Below, piece after piece: positions 23,152-33,853 of a DNA stretch of 64,000 nucleotides. How positions within the stretch are numbered: position 1 is the first letter of the stretch; every line of letters begins with the position of its first letter. A program made the translations under genes and the position numbers. Origin of the DNA: Cyanophora paradoxa CCMP329 (lineage: Eukaryota; Plantae; Glaucophyta); assembly GCA_004431415.1 (NCBI GenBank), contig QPMI01000651.1, forward strand, positions 127,153-191,152, written 5' to 3'. The notes under the pieces are model-generated. The model had not been told where the DNA came from. It saw only the letters and a program-made list of their open reading frames with translations, and searched no databases.

Positions 23152-23359
23152 TATCTTTGGTTATGGTATCAAATGTCACTCGAAGAGATCTACTCCATCA
23201 TACTATCGAAACGAAGGATTTACGCTGTTAAATCTGCAATTGAAGAACGTAGACACCAACTGGCTTTGGTCAACAAAAAATGACACCATAAAATACTTAA
23301 AGACATCAGGCATAATACAGAGTGGTAAAACATTTTCTCAACTACATATAAAGGGGAAC

Positions 23360-23596
23360 ATGGCGACTGTAATTCATATAACCGAAGACATGATTAGCGT
23401 TGTCGAATTCGGCGATGAAGAAGAGGAGACCCGCGCCAATTACAAGATGAGAGATGCTCTAAGGAAGCGAACGCTCTACAACGAAGACCCCGTTTATCGG
23501 GAGTATAAGAAGGCGCAATCGCTCGCTTCATATTATCGTCGTAAGGAGCGGGAGGGAATCGAAAACAAGTCACGGGGACGTCCACGAAAGTATTGA
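23360..23596 (+). CDS. Small AT-hook protein
   Basis: DPVYREYKKAQSLASYYRRK...RGRPRKY; orthologue at 47847-48092. The ATG at 23360 is preferred over the ORF-track start. Confidence 0.75.
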   Translation: MATVIHITEDMISVVEFGDEEEETRANYKMRDALRKRTLYNEDPVYREYKKAQSLASYYRRKEREGIENKSRGRPRKY

Positions 23597-23802
23597 GGGA
23601 AATACCCATTTGACCGCTGAACCCAATTACTCATTTTTCGAGCGGTCTATCGATATGCTTCGATAGATCCGTAACCATCTCCCGATTGCCGTTTTTGGTA
23701 ATTGAAGAGATATCAACCACTTAAAGGTTAGCCGCCAAAAAATGACAGGAATCCGGAGAAACTCTTTTCTCCATCATAGATAAGACACCCCCGATTATCG
23801 AA

Positions 23803-26143
23803 ATGAACGCTGCCGCCAAGAAATCCCTGAAACGCCTTGTTGATTGGCTTCGTGAAGACGATGTCCTGTCTGAGAATATCGTAATACCCGTTGATCCCGA
23901 TACCAAAAAACCCCTTTTCGCCCATAAAGACGGATCGTGGACTTGGGATAAATTCGATGAAGCCCTGAAATCCGGTAAGTATGTTGCTTGGGGCATTCTC
24001 GCTCGCAATATCGTGGTTATCGACTTCGACCAAGAGGAGGATTTCACCAAATTCGAGGAGCAATTCCCGATGATTTCGGTGGTGTCAATCCTCTTGCTAA
24101 AACCAAAAAAGGATATCATGTTTACTTCTCTCGTCCTTCTGACTTCGATGCTGTGAAGATCTGGGATAAAGCGGGTGCTTTCAAAGGTTATCCTAAGATC
24201 GACTGTAAGACAATTGCGTCCACTGGAACTGCTGGGTTGATCAACGTTTCCCCAAGCCCCGGTAAAACTTGGATCAGAGAACCATGGGCGGAAGGCTGTG
24301 AGTTGATCGAACCGAGTGCTGAACTCCAAAAGTGGATGATTGACAACTACCTTTTTCCGAAAGGCGGACACTCTTCTATTGATAGGAGCATTGAAGAGGA
24401 TTTGCAGAAACACATTCTCCGGAAACTTGAAGAATTTGGTTTCATCTTACCCACAATCATTAATGAGACCGAGAAGGGTTACAGTTTCACTGCTGAGAAC
24501 AAAGGTCTGATTTGTCCCTGCTGCAAGGGAAGCCATGACTCCAACAATTGGTATATACTTCAAGGGAACGAGAAAGACAAGTATATTGTTTCAAGTTATA
24601 GCACCAATTGCAAGAAGCGAGTTATGACGGTTCGCGTTCAAGCTGATACCGATGTTCAGATTGAAAAGCTAATTGATCGGTCGATTGGATCTGATGGCGG
24701 ACATTATGATGTTGCCCAGGTTGCTTTTCTTGTTCTGCGAGACAGCTACAAGTATTCAAACAAGACGTGGTTCAAGTTCAACGAGGCTTACGGAATCTGG
24801 GAGATGGATGAGACCGGGAAACGAATCTATCTGTGTTTGAGTTGCAGGGTTTGCCCGGCTTATCTTCAACGTGCTGTGCAATTCGCTCAGAGAGCGCTTC
24901 GTGATGAAGAGAATCGTGCATCTTTGGAGGAGAGATCACAGGTTCTTCTTGGTATCGCAAAGAAACTCAAACAGACTAATTACCGAACTTCTCTTCTGTC
25001 TGATCTCACAGTTCTGATGAACGATAAGACATTCTTCGAGAGACTTGATACTGTTACCAATGTGATTGGATTCACAAATGGCGTATTTGATCTGAATTCT
25101 ATGACTTTCCGAAGGGGACTCCCAGAAGACATGATCAGTAAGACTGTTGGTTATGATTATTGCCCCGAGGTGGATTCTGTGAAAGTCACCAAGATCCTTT
25201 CCATCTACTCTGACATCATCGAAGAGGAAATTGAGCGCAATTTCGTGATGGGTTCGATCGCTTTCTCTCTGAGTGGTCGCACAGATATTCAAAAGTTCAA
25301 TTTCTGGACTGGAATTGGAGCCAATGGTAAATCTCTCGTTCAGGAGATGGTCAAGCAAACATTCGGACAGTATTTCGGAACAATCAATATGTCATATTGG
25401 ACGAAACCGAAAAGAATGCATCAGACGCTACACCTGAACTTGCGGATATTCTGGGTCGTCGCATTATCTTTTCAAATGAAGCGGAAGATGGCGACAAGCT
25501 TCAAATTAGCAAGATCAAAGAGATTACAGGTGGTAACGAGATGAAGGTTCGCGCCCTGTTCAAAGATCCTGTTACCTACATTCCTATGGGTCAAATCTTC
25601 TTATCGACGAATGAGAACCTGGGGATGAGTAAACCCGATGCTGCGATTTACCGGCGACTCTCTTACTATCGTTTCTCTTGCGTCTTCAAGCCCAACCCTC
25701 AACCTGGTGAGAAGAAAGCGGATACTTCACTTATGTCCATCATGAATGACGACGAATACAAGATGGCTCAAATGTCGATCTTCTTGGACATGTGGAAGAA
25801 ACAGGATCTTGCACAGCTGCTGATGAATCCGCCACAGTCTATCATCGATCAGGGACTGGAATACTTCAATGATAACGATAAAATCGGGGAGTGGCTCCGC
25901 AGCACTTATGAGAAGACTGGAAGCCGAAACGATTTCATTAGGAGTGAAGCTATCATTACTGGCTATCGTTCTGTTGATGATAAAACCGATGCCGCCAGTA
26001 TTGGAAAGCGAGTCCGCGAAGTCTTTAATGTGAAGTCTGAAACTGTTCGAGAAAGAGGTCAGGTGAAGCGTGGTTACTTCGGACTGAAAAAGAAGATTAT
26101 GATTGAGGACGACGATGACGACGACGTAGAGGCTCCCAACTAA
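23803..26143 (+). CDS. Prim-Pol / D5-like SF3 primase-helicase, element A (two 1-nt shifts)
   Basis: VVIDFD, TKKGYHVYF, CPCC..H zinc motif, GFTNGVFDL, GIGANGKS. Shifts in a C run (about 24068) and an A run (about 25412); colinear with 48622-50949. Confidence 0.88.
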
Positions 26144-26210
26144 TTACAACAAAACATACTATTCTTACTGATAATTCATACTTTTTTTATAACCTTACTG
26201 AAAACAGTAA

Positions 26211-26302
26211 GTGTAACAGGTGTAACAGGTAAATCCCAAACTTCGCTCCTAGGGAGGTGAAAATCCGAAAACTTTGGGATTTACCTGTTACACCCGTTAC
26301 AC
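26211..26302. promoter_or_regulatory. Iteron hairpin downstream of the primase-helicase (candidate origin)
   Basis: Near-exact reverse complement of 17000-17092, including the loop. Confidence 0.65.
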
Positions 26303-26362
26303 CGAATAAAAAATAAAAAATTGACTGGTGATTTAAAAATTGAACGTGTGTCTCAGTTGAAA

Positions 26363-26521
26363 ATGAATAGCGTCAAAATGAACCAATCGGTTGTGGAAGG
26401 TGATTTGGAAGAGGTTGCAAAGTTCATAAAGTATAATTGTGGTATCAATAACAGGCGGAAGAGAAACTATGTTACTATATATATTCCAAAGGAAACAACG
26501 GTGAGAATCATTAGAACTTAA
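26363..26521 (+). CDS. Small hypothetical protein
   Basis: Preceded by two AAAATTGA motifs; weak similarity (GD, IxYN, KRN, VxIxI) to 48180-48476. Confidence 0.5.
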   Translation: MNSVKMNQSVVEGDLEEVAKFIKYNCGINNRRKRNYVTIYIPKETTVRIIRT

Positions 26522-26563
26522 TGCGTTCAAAATCCAAAATAAAAATGTTCCTTTATAGCAAAG

Positions 26564-29500
26564 ATGCCCCGCCAAACGAACAGACTGATCAAAGAAAAGA
26601 AAAACGAAATACTTGGATTGTTAGGAACTCTCTTAGTTACAGGTGAGATCACCGAAGCGGAATACGATAGAGAAGCCGCCATCTTAGATAGACGACCGCG
26701 ATTAGGTCAACTCACTGAGATTGCAAATGACCTCTACGATCGCATGCAACGAATGGAGGAATTTATGGGTGAAGGACAGAGATTAGGAGCAATTGAACCG
26801 GATATCGAAGATGGACAAGCGATGAATCAAGCGTATTCGTGGTTGACCTATCGCGCCCGAAATGAAGTTGTCGTGGATGCTATCGAATTCCTCGAAAGAA
26901 TCGCACCAAGTCTACCGCAACGCATTAAAACCCGCTTAGAGCAACTGAGAGCCGTTAAAGTCCGTCTGACTTTCGTTTGCAAATTTACCAAAGTAGGTAA
27001 TCCGCGCATCTATATCACCAAATTCATTTACAGCGATTATTTCGTAATTACCCGATCCCGCAACATAGACACAGAAGTTCGCAAAGCGTTACAGAAAATG
27101 CAAGAGGAAATGACGCAAGTGGATAGTTACCGTTTGGAGAAGATCGAAATACTTAGAGGCATTATCATGTCTTATGCACCTGTGGGAGGATGCTATTTCG
27201 CAACTCCCGAATGGATCGCATCCAAGAAAGCGACGGTGAATGTTAAGAATATCGACGGGCAAGATTGCTTCAAGTATGCGATTTTGGCTTACCTGCATCG
27301 AAAGGACATCAATAAACACAAGAGTAACGAACCGAGCCAATACCGCCGATGGTTAAATGAACTCAATTTCGATGGTATTCAGTTTCCCGTTGCCTGTGAT
27401 GCTGAGGTAATCGATCGATTCGAAGAACTGAACCCCGAACTTTCTATTAACATTTACGGAGCCGATAACGCCAAAGAGTGTTTCTATCCTCTCCATCAAT
27501 CAAGTAACCCAAGAAGAAAGACCAAGATTAATCTTTTACTTATCGAAAACACCGAAGATGATCGGGGACACTACATTACTATCATGTCTTTTAGTCGTCT
27601 TCTGAAAACTACGTTTGATAAAGCATGTGATGGTCGCATTTACTACTGTGAAACCTGCTTGTCGCGTTTCAGAACTCAGGAGAAATTAGACATGCATGTT
27701 GAAGCGAATCGCTGCATTGATTGGAGGGAGAGCAAAGGCAAATGCCCAAAAGCGGGAAGCGTAATTGAATTCGGTCTGCAACACTTGCGTAAAACTGTGT
27801 GGCTCCCTGTGATCTGTTACGTTAAAGTCGAAGATCATTCGGTCGCTATTGATGCTCAGAGGAGTAAACGTGAGATTAAAGCGGTTTCATTGCGAGTGGT
27901 AATGGGAGACGAAGTGAGAGCATACCATTTCGAGGGAATCGATCCGCTCGGTTCTCTCTTTGTAACTCTCCAAGATATCAGACCCGAAATCGTTGAGACG
28001 CTATTTAGAAATATTCCGATGCATCCACTCACAGATGATCAGAAGGCGGAATACAAGGTTACAAAACACTGTTACATTTGCTCTCAGAGATTCACCCACG
28101 AAAACTTCCCGGTTCGAGATCATTGCCACCAATCCGGCGATTTCATCGGAAAGGCATGCCGAAACTGTAACCTCCACCGGCGAATTTCGAAGCAAACCAA
28201 AGTAGCTATCGTGGTGGATCACATGGATGAATGCGGACACGGAATATTCCGCAAGATTGCACAGCAAGACGATAAACTTCGTGTTGAGATTCTGAGCAAG
28301 AATTTCGATCAATACCTATCGCTTCAATGGGGCATGTGGAAGTTCATTGATGCTTCCCATTTCATGGATTTCCAATCTGTGGATGTGGGCGATTTAATGA
28401 GAAAGTTTGAAGCATTCCGCAAATTGGCGTTTTCTCAATATGGATTGGATCCCGCACATTATGTTAGCGCACCAGGTCTCTCTTGGGACGCTATGCTCAA
28501 ACATACGAAAGTTAAGATTGAACTTATCGATGATGTAGAGAAATACGAATTTGTTGAGAGAGCCATTAGAGGTGGATTTGCTACCATGCCCACACGATAC
28601 GCAAAGGTAGAGAATGCTGACGATCATATAGTTTTGTTGGACGCAAATAATCTTTATGGGTATGCTCTCAGCCAACCACTACCTATCGGAGATTATCGAT
28701 GGGAAGATGTCACAGAGGCACTTAAAGAGGTAGAGGGTCGAAGCGCATTTATTGAAGTTGACCTTGAATACCCCACATCGCTTGAAGAACATTATGATTT
28801 CCCACTGATTGTGAATAAAGAAGTGATCACCAATGAGATGCTTGGTGATTATCAACAGAAACTATTAGATCTGACGGGCGAAAAGATCAGCAAAGACCCC
28901 AAACTTACAGCGACATTTACACCCAAGAATAAATACGTGATTGCTCGACCTCTTCTTAATTACATCGTTAAGAAGGGTGTTGAAATCAAGAAAATAAATA
29001 AGGTTCTCTCTTTCGCTACTTCCCCATTCATGAAGTCTTACATTGGTTTGAATACTCTTCTCAGGCATGAATCTACTAACCATTTCGAAAGCGACTTCTT
29101 TAAACTCATGAACAATGCAATTTACGGTAAATGCTTGGAATCTTGCAGGGGTCGCTCAACTGTCAAGATCGCTAACAGTGAGAAACTCTGTAAGAAATAC
29201 GCAGCAAGTCCGCTTATCAAAGCGACCAATGTATTAAACGAGAATGCCGTTGCCTCTGAGATGTATTCGAAGCATGTGAACTTAGATAAACCCGTAGCAA
29301 TTGGCGCTTTCGTTTTGGATTTTGCGAAACTACATAACTATCGGTTCTTCTATGATGTAGTAAGGAAGAAGTGGGAAACCGCTAAATTACTGTTCCACGA
29401 TACCGATTCGTTCTGTCTTTTCCTGAAAACCAATAATCTGAACGAAGATATGAAAGAGATAGGTGAGTATCTCGATAGGAGCAATTACGATAAATCCCAT

Positions 29501-29845
29501 CCTCTCGTGAGTATCAAAAACCGCATGGTTCCAGGTAAATATAAAAATGAGTTCCCAAATGCAAAGATCATGGAGTATGTGGGTCTGAGATCGAAACTCT
29601 ATGCTTTCAGAACTGAGACCAACGAAAGAGTAAAGATGTCGGGGACTTCCTCGAAAGAGGTTCATTTTGATGATTTTAAGAGATGTCTGTTCGAAGGCAT
29701 CATAAAAACAGTATCAGTAACAAACAAGCGAAGGCAAGACCACAACTTATATGACTTGGAGAGCAGAAGGGTCGCTCTAAACCAACTCGATAGCAAACGG
29801 AAGATATCAGCCGACGGCATTCACAGCATTCCATTTGGTCTTTAA
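26564..29845 (+). CDS. Polinton-type protein-primed family B DNA polymerase, element A
   Basis: 1093 aa; DCF...GHY N-terminal region, RDHCH..G..CRNCNL, PGLSWDAML, RGG, DANNLYG, KLMNNAIYGK, HDTDS. Confidence 0.95.
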   Translation: MPRQTNRLIKEKKNEILGLLGTLLVTGEITEAEYDREAAILDRRPRLGQLTEIANDLYDRMQRMEEFMGEGQRLGAIEPDIEDGQAMNQAYSWLTYRARNEVVVDAIEFLERIAPSLPQRIKTRLEQLRAVKVRLTFVCKFTKVGNPRIYITKFIYSDYFVITRSRNIDTEVRKALQKMQEEMTQVDSYRLEKIEILRGIIMSYAPVGGCYFATPEWIASKKATVNVKNIDGQDCFKYAILAYLHRKDINKHKSNEPSQYRRWLNELNFDGIQFPVACDAEVIDRFEELNPELSINIYGADNAKECFYPLHQSSNPRRKTKINLLLIENTEDDRGHYITIMSFSRLLKTTFDKACDGRIYYCETCLSRFRTQEKLDMHVEANRCIDWRESKGKCPKAGSVIEFGLQHLRKTVWLPVICYVKVEDHSVAIDAQRSKREIKAVSLRVVMGDEVRAYHFEGIDPLGSLFVTLQDIRPEIVETLFRNIPMHPLTDDQKAEYKVTKHCYICSQRFTHENFPVRDHCHQSGDFIGKACRNCNLHRRISKQTKVAIVVDHMDECGHGIFRKIAQQDDKLRVEILSKNFDQYLSLQWGMWKFIDASHFMDFQSVDVGDLMRKFEAFRKLAFSQYGLDPAHYVSAPGLSWDAMLKHTKVKIELIDDVEKYEFVERAIRGGFATMPTRYAKVENADDHIVLLDANNLYGYALSQPLPIGDYRWEDVTEALKEVEGRSAFIEVDLEYPTSLEEHYDFPLIVNKEVITNEMLGDYQQKLLDLTGEKISKDPKLTATFTPKNKYVIARPLLNYIVKKGVEIKKINKVLSFATSPFMKSYIGLNTLLRHESTNHFESDFFKLMNNAIYGKCLESCRGRSTVKIANSEKLCKKYAASPLIKATNVLNENAVASEMYSKHVNLDKPVAIGAFVLDFAKLHNYRFFYDVVRKKWETAKLLFHDTDSFCLFLKTNNLNEDMKEIGEYLDRSNYDKSHPLVSIKNRMVPGKYKNEFPNAKIMEYVGLRSKLYAFRTETNERVKMSGTSSKEVHFDDFKRCLFEGIIKTVSVTNKRRQDHNLYDLESRRVALNQLDSKRKISADGIHSIPFGL

Positions 29846-30030
29846 TATACTTGCTCAATACTTCTCTTTTTATTTTTTCGATCTCCAAGTAGCAGCAAAC
29901 CACGGATCAGATGCAGCAACCATATGCACCTTAAACCGGGGTCATTTGGATCGATCGCAAAGTAGTTTGGTTTCGGGTGTTCTGTCCAAACCGGCTCGTC
30001 CATTATTAATATATTGAAAATAAAGTAAAG

Positions 30031-30956
30031 ATGCCCTCAGCACAGATAGGATTGCGACCCATTCCTAAAATCGTAAAGAAGAGCATGAAAGAAGACCAAG
30101 GGAACATGCTACCGATAACCATTCCGGTCGAAGAGAAGAACACACGAATCTTAAAGAAGTCGGAGATGGTTAAACAACTGATCCCGGAGGCATTGCCTAC
30201 TGAGACTGTAACGAAAGAATCGAAGATCGCGAAGAAGTTTTACGATCCGCGCACAGGTTACAAAGGTTTCGGGGCAATGAGAAAGGAACTACCAGAGGAA
30301 GACTACAAGAAGATGAGAGAATGGTATGATAAACAGGAAGTCGTTCAGATAAACGCACCGACCCTTTCAAGAAAGAGAGATCCGATGATTCCGATTCGGC
30401 AACCTCTCGATACCTACGTAATCGATCTGCTCTTCTTCCCAGCATACAAGAACCAAAACGACGGATACGATACGTTCATGTCCGCGATGGAATCTACCTT
30501 ACGCACGGGTTACATCATTCCGATGAGAGATAAGAGCGCTCTTACGGCGCTTGCGGCGTTTGAACAGCTACAACGAAGAGTTCCTCGACCTATCGCACGC
30601 GTTCAGAGTGACAGCGGAAGCGAGTTCACAAATAACATGTTCACGAATTACCTTGCTAAGAAGTTCATAGACCATCAGATAAGCGATGTCGCAGATCATC
30701 GAAGCCAAGGTAGAATCGAAGCGTTTAACAAGCAGATCAAACGATTGATCACGAACTATTGCATAGCAAACAACACAGCGCGATTCTTCGATGTATTGGG
30801 AGACATTGAGTATAACTATAATAATACCATCCACTCAGCAACCAAGAGAAAACCAGCAGAAACGACGGAAGATCATTACCGTGAGATTATCGGATTAGAA
30901 GATGAGAGGTTCAAGAAGTCGATTGCTTACTTGGATGGTATCAAACAGGGTATGTT
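30031..30956 (+). pseudogene. rve (DDE) integrase of element A, 5' part, interrupted by element B
   Basis: IDL, SDSGSEF, IEAFNK, YNNTIHS. Similarity to 55652-57037 stops exactly at the TATGTT TSD. Confidence 0.93.
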
Positions 30957-32029
30957 ACACATAGTAAAATGCGGAGTTTTAACCCTCGGCTTAATCTTAA
31001 TTGATTTTGTTGATATATATCGTATATTCTATTTCAATCAATCGATAATCTGTGTATATCTTATCGAATATTCATTTATTTCGATTATTTTGTATTCTTT
31101 TCGATATTTTATCGTAAATTTCTCTTATTTTCCGATTAGTCTTACTGAGTGAATCGATAATCTGTATATATTTCCGAATAATATAACTGAATCTCAATTA
31201 GATCTTGCCTCTGGTTAAAACTCCGCATTTTACTATGTGTGATTGGTCTAAAAGTTAATTGATTTAATCGATATTATATTCATGTACTTTCTCGATTAAA
31301 TTTAATTAAATTTTATTCATTTAATCGGAAACATATCGCTAAACTCGATTAAGATCCATAAAAGATTCATTTGTTTATATTAACAAATCGATCTCTTATT
31401 GAATTCAATCGTAATTATACATGAAACTTATATGATTTTATCATTGTTTTGTTGAGTCTAAGGGGGGACCCTTAGGTTTTTTGAAATAATTGGGTGTCAC
31501 AGGTGTCACAGGTCCATCCCAAACTTTTGAAAATTCATTCTTTATAGGAGAAACTTTGGGATAAACCTGTGACACCTGTGACACATACCATATTTAGTAA
31601 GGATCTCTTTTATAATGAAAAACTCAGTAATAATCTTATCTATGTATTTCTAATTAAATGAATAAATGATTTAATCGAGTGTCACAGGTGTCACAGGTCC
31701 ATCCCAAACTTTTGAAAATTCACTCTTTATAGGAGAAACTTTGGGATAAACCTGTGACACCTGTGACACATACCATATTCAGTAAGGACCTCTTATATTG
31801 TGAAAATCTCAGTGTTAGTTGGTGTAGTTGATTCAAAAAATGCATTTTATACTCTGATTCATTGTTATTTCCTGTGAAATTTGAGTCAACTCAACCCACT
31901 TAGTCAACCCTTGCATTGAATTCGTAACAAAATCCATATACTATTACTACTTTTACGATTAATATGAGTCAACCTTGAGTCCACTTTAATATAAATATTA
32001 TATAATAGGGGGAATCAAGGGGAGATGCT
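30957..32029 (+). repeat. Left TIR of element B (fold-back 30957-31240; iteron hairpins 31494-31584 and 31679-31769)
   Basis: Reverse complement of 57791-58863 with only a few mismatches seen by eye. Confidence 0.95.
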
Positions 32030-32273
32030 GAGTTTTAGTGTAAGGAAATCGAATAGTATTCGAAATCTTACACCTGAAGGTGTAGGGTGCATTCATATTT
32101 CGGCTACATCATACATTAGATTTCTACTGTAAACAATAACCGGAATCCGGAAAATAATCATTGTAGAAAGCTATTGTAGTAAAATGATATATTATGTCCT
32201 TTTGTTACAATAGCTGATCAATGTTATTGTTAGAAAACAAAGGAATCCTTTCAAAACTCATTATAGAAACCCA

Positions 32274-32672
32274 TTAAAACGGAAATCTATCATGTTTATG
32301 TCTTTCAGTCTTCTCAAATGTGAGGAAATTCATTGTTTTATCGATCTCATCAGCAACTGCTTGTGTTTTATGCTGAGCTTCTTTACCACAACTGAATATA
32401 TCAATTGCTAACATGCCTTCATTGGAATAACAATGAGCTGTGCAATGGCTTTCATCTAATAGCAGAACTAATGCAAAACCAGGAGGTGATAGTTTGCCAT
32501 CAAATATCTCACAGTGTTTATGAACAATCCTAATGCCTTGTCTTAATACTGCTTGTTCAAGGGTTCCCATAATCCAATTACCTAGGAAGCTTACATGCTC
32601 ATGTCCTGTTGCTATAGCTGATTTAGCTTTGTAATCAAGCATAACATGAAAGCCTCTGTATTTAGTCTCCAT
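32274..32672 (-). CDS. speD: Prokaryote-type pyruvoyl S-adenosylmethionine decarboxylase (SpeD/SpeH family)
   Basis: G.H...D start, PPGFALVLLLDESH autocleavage site, H.Y..G..AIDIFSCG; likely start METKY. Confidence 0.88.
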   Translation of the reverse strand: METKYRGFHVMLDYKAKSAIATGHEHVSFLGNWIMGTLEQAVLRQGIRIVHKHCEIFDGKLSPPGFALVLLLDESHCTAHCYSNEGMLAIDIFSCGKEAQHKTQAVADEIDKTMNFLTFEKTERHKHDRFPF

Positions 32673-32701
32673 TAAGAATACCTTAGAAAAATTAATTAAA
32701 C

Positions 32702-32974
32702 CTAATCGAACCGAATGCAAACATCCCTATATTCTACAGTTATTGATGAAGTAGCCCTTTTCCTATGTGCTTGACTTTTTCTTTTATTACAGTCCCTACA
32801 CCCTGATCCCTTCACATGATTAAATGGATATGTAAGGATCACCTTATTACACTGCAAACATCTAACAGATACTTTCTCTTGAGCTTTGATGTAATGTGTC
32901 TCACTGTAATCGAATTTATCTTTACCATGGACTGTCATAGCAGCATCAATAAACTTTTTTGTTTTAATATCCAT
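32702..32974 (-). CDS. DUF723-like zinc-ribbon protein
   Basis: FI..A..VHG...DYS...Y......V.V.C..C......P.NH..G.GC..C pattern. Confidence 0.7.
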   Translation of the reverse strand: MDIKTKKFIDAAMTVHGKDKFDYSETHYIKAQEKVSVRCLQCNKVILTYPFNHVKGSGCRDCNKRKSQAHRKRATSSITVEYRDVCIRFD

Positions 32975-32996
32975 ACTCTATATATAACCAATATTC

Positions 32997-33830
32997 TTAT
33001 GGAGCAGTATCCTGCCCAAAAATGGGGAAATATCGATTTGTCCCATAGTATTCAGCATAGGTATTCTGCTTTGCAATAAAATCGGTTCTCTCTGCAAACA
33101 TCACACACTTGTAGATACCAAACTTGGTGGCTCTCACTAAGAACTGATAGTCTTCCAAACCGAAATTGACTCCATGATAAGCAATTCCGAAATTATCATA
33201 TGGGGTGATCACTACTGCAAAGTTGGGAGTTCCACCTTCAACTTGGCATACAGCATAAACATCTGGTGGGATATCCACAACAACCTTGTAGTGATCACCA
33301 ATCTCAACAAGAGAGTCTACTACTGCTGTTTGTTCATTCACAACAATGGGGAATATCTTGATTATATAGGGGGCATTCATGCTGGGGACATAGGTTCGAA
33401 TTCTTGTGTTGGGATCAATGGGATTGGGTTGATCATTCACAAATAAAGGCGCTCCAACAGCCCCACCAACCCTAAGACCATCACCAATATAAGCTCCCCC
33501 CGATTTGCAGTTAATAGCTCCCGACCTAGATTCAAAAGAATAAGTAGACAGAGGATCTCCATAGCTATCTGGGTCTCCATAATGAGCAGAAAAGTTTGCA
33601 TTTGTGACAAGTAGCTTAGTTGTCTTAACTATTCCATTATTTTTATCACATCTGAGTTCCTGTAATCTCAGCTTGTGGGTGGAACCAAATGTATTCATTG
33701 TAGGTTGGACCTCTGTGGATTGGAGACCCTCAACATCATCAAAAGTAGCATGCTGCAGAACATGGTTTGCTGGTGCAGCTAATGAAAGCTGAGGTGTAAT
33801 AATTCGTTCAAGTGGGGGTTGCTCAGCCAT
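32997..33830 (-). CDS. Putative fibre/virion accessory protein (paralogue 1)
   Basis: 277 aa; shares ELR.DKN.G.VKTT.LLVTNANF and SGGA.IG.G.RV with the neighbouring gene. Confidence 0.7.
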   Translation of the reverse strand: MAEQPPLERIITPQLSLAAPANHVLQHATFDDVEGLQSTEVQPTMNTFGSTHKLRLQELRCDKNNGIVKTTKLLVTNANFSAHYGDPDSYGDPLSTYSFESRSGAINCKSGGAYIGDGLRVGGAVGAPLFVNDQPNPIDPNTRIRTYVPSMNAPYIIKIFPIVVNEQTAVVDSLVEIGDHYKVVVDIPPDVYAVCQVEGGTPNFAVVITPYDNFGIAYHGVNFGLEDYQFLVRATKFGIYKCVMFAERTDFIAKQNTYAEYYGTNRYFPIFGQDTAP

Positions 33831-33853
33831 TTTACATTAAAGGGATATATCTT

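Noticed and set aside
30031-31152. Intact 373-aa integrase with a hydrophobic tail
   Set aside because: The tail after 30956 is read-through into B's AT-rich TIR; the real C-terminus is at 58864-59317.
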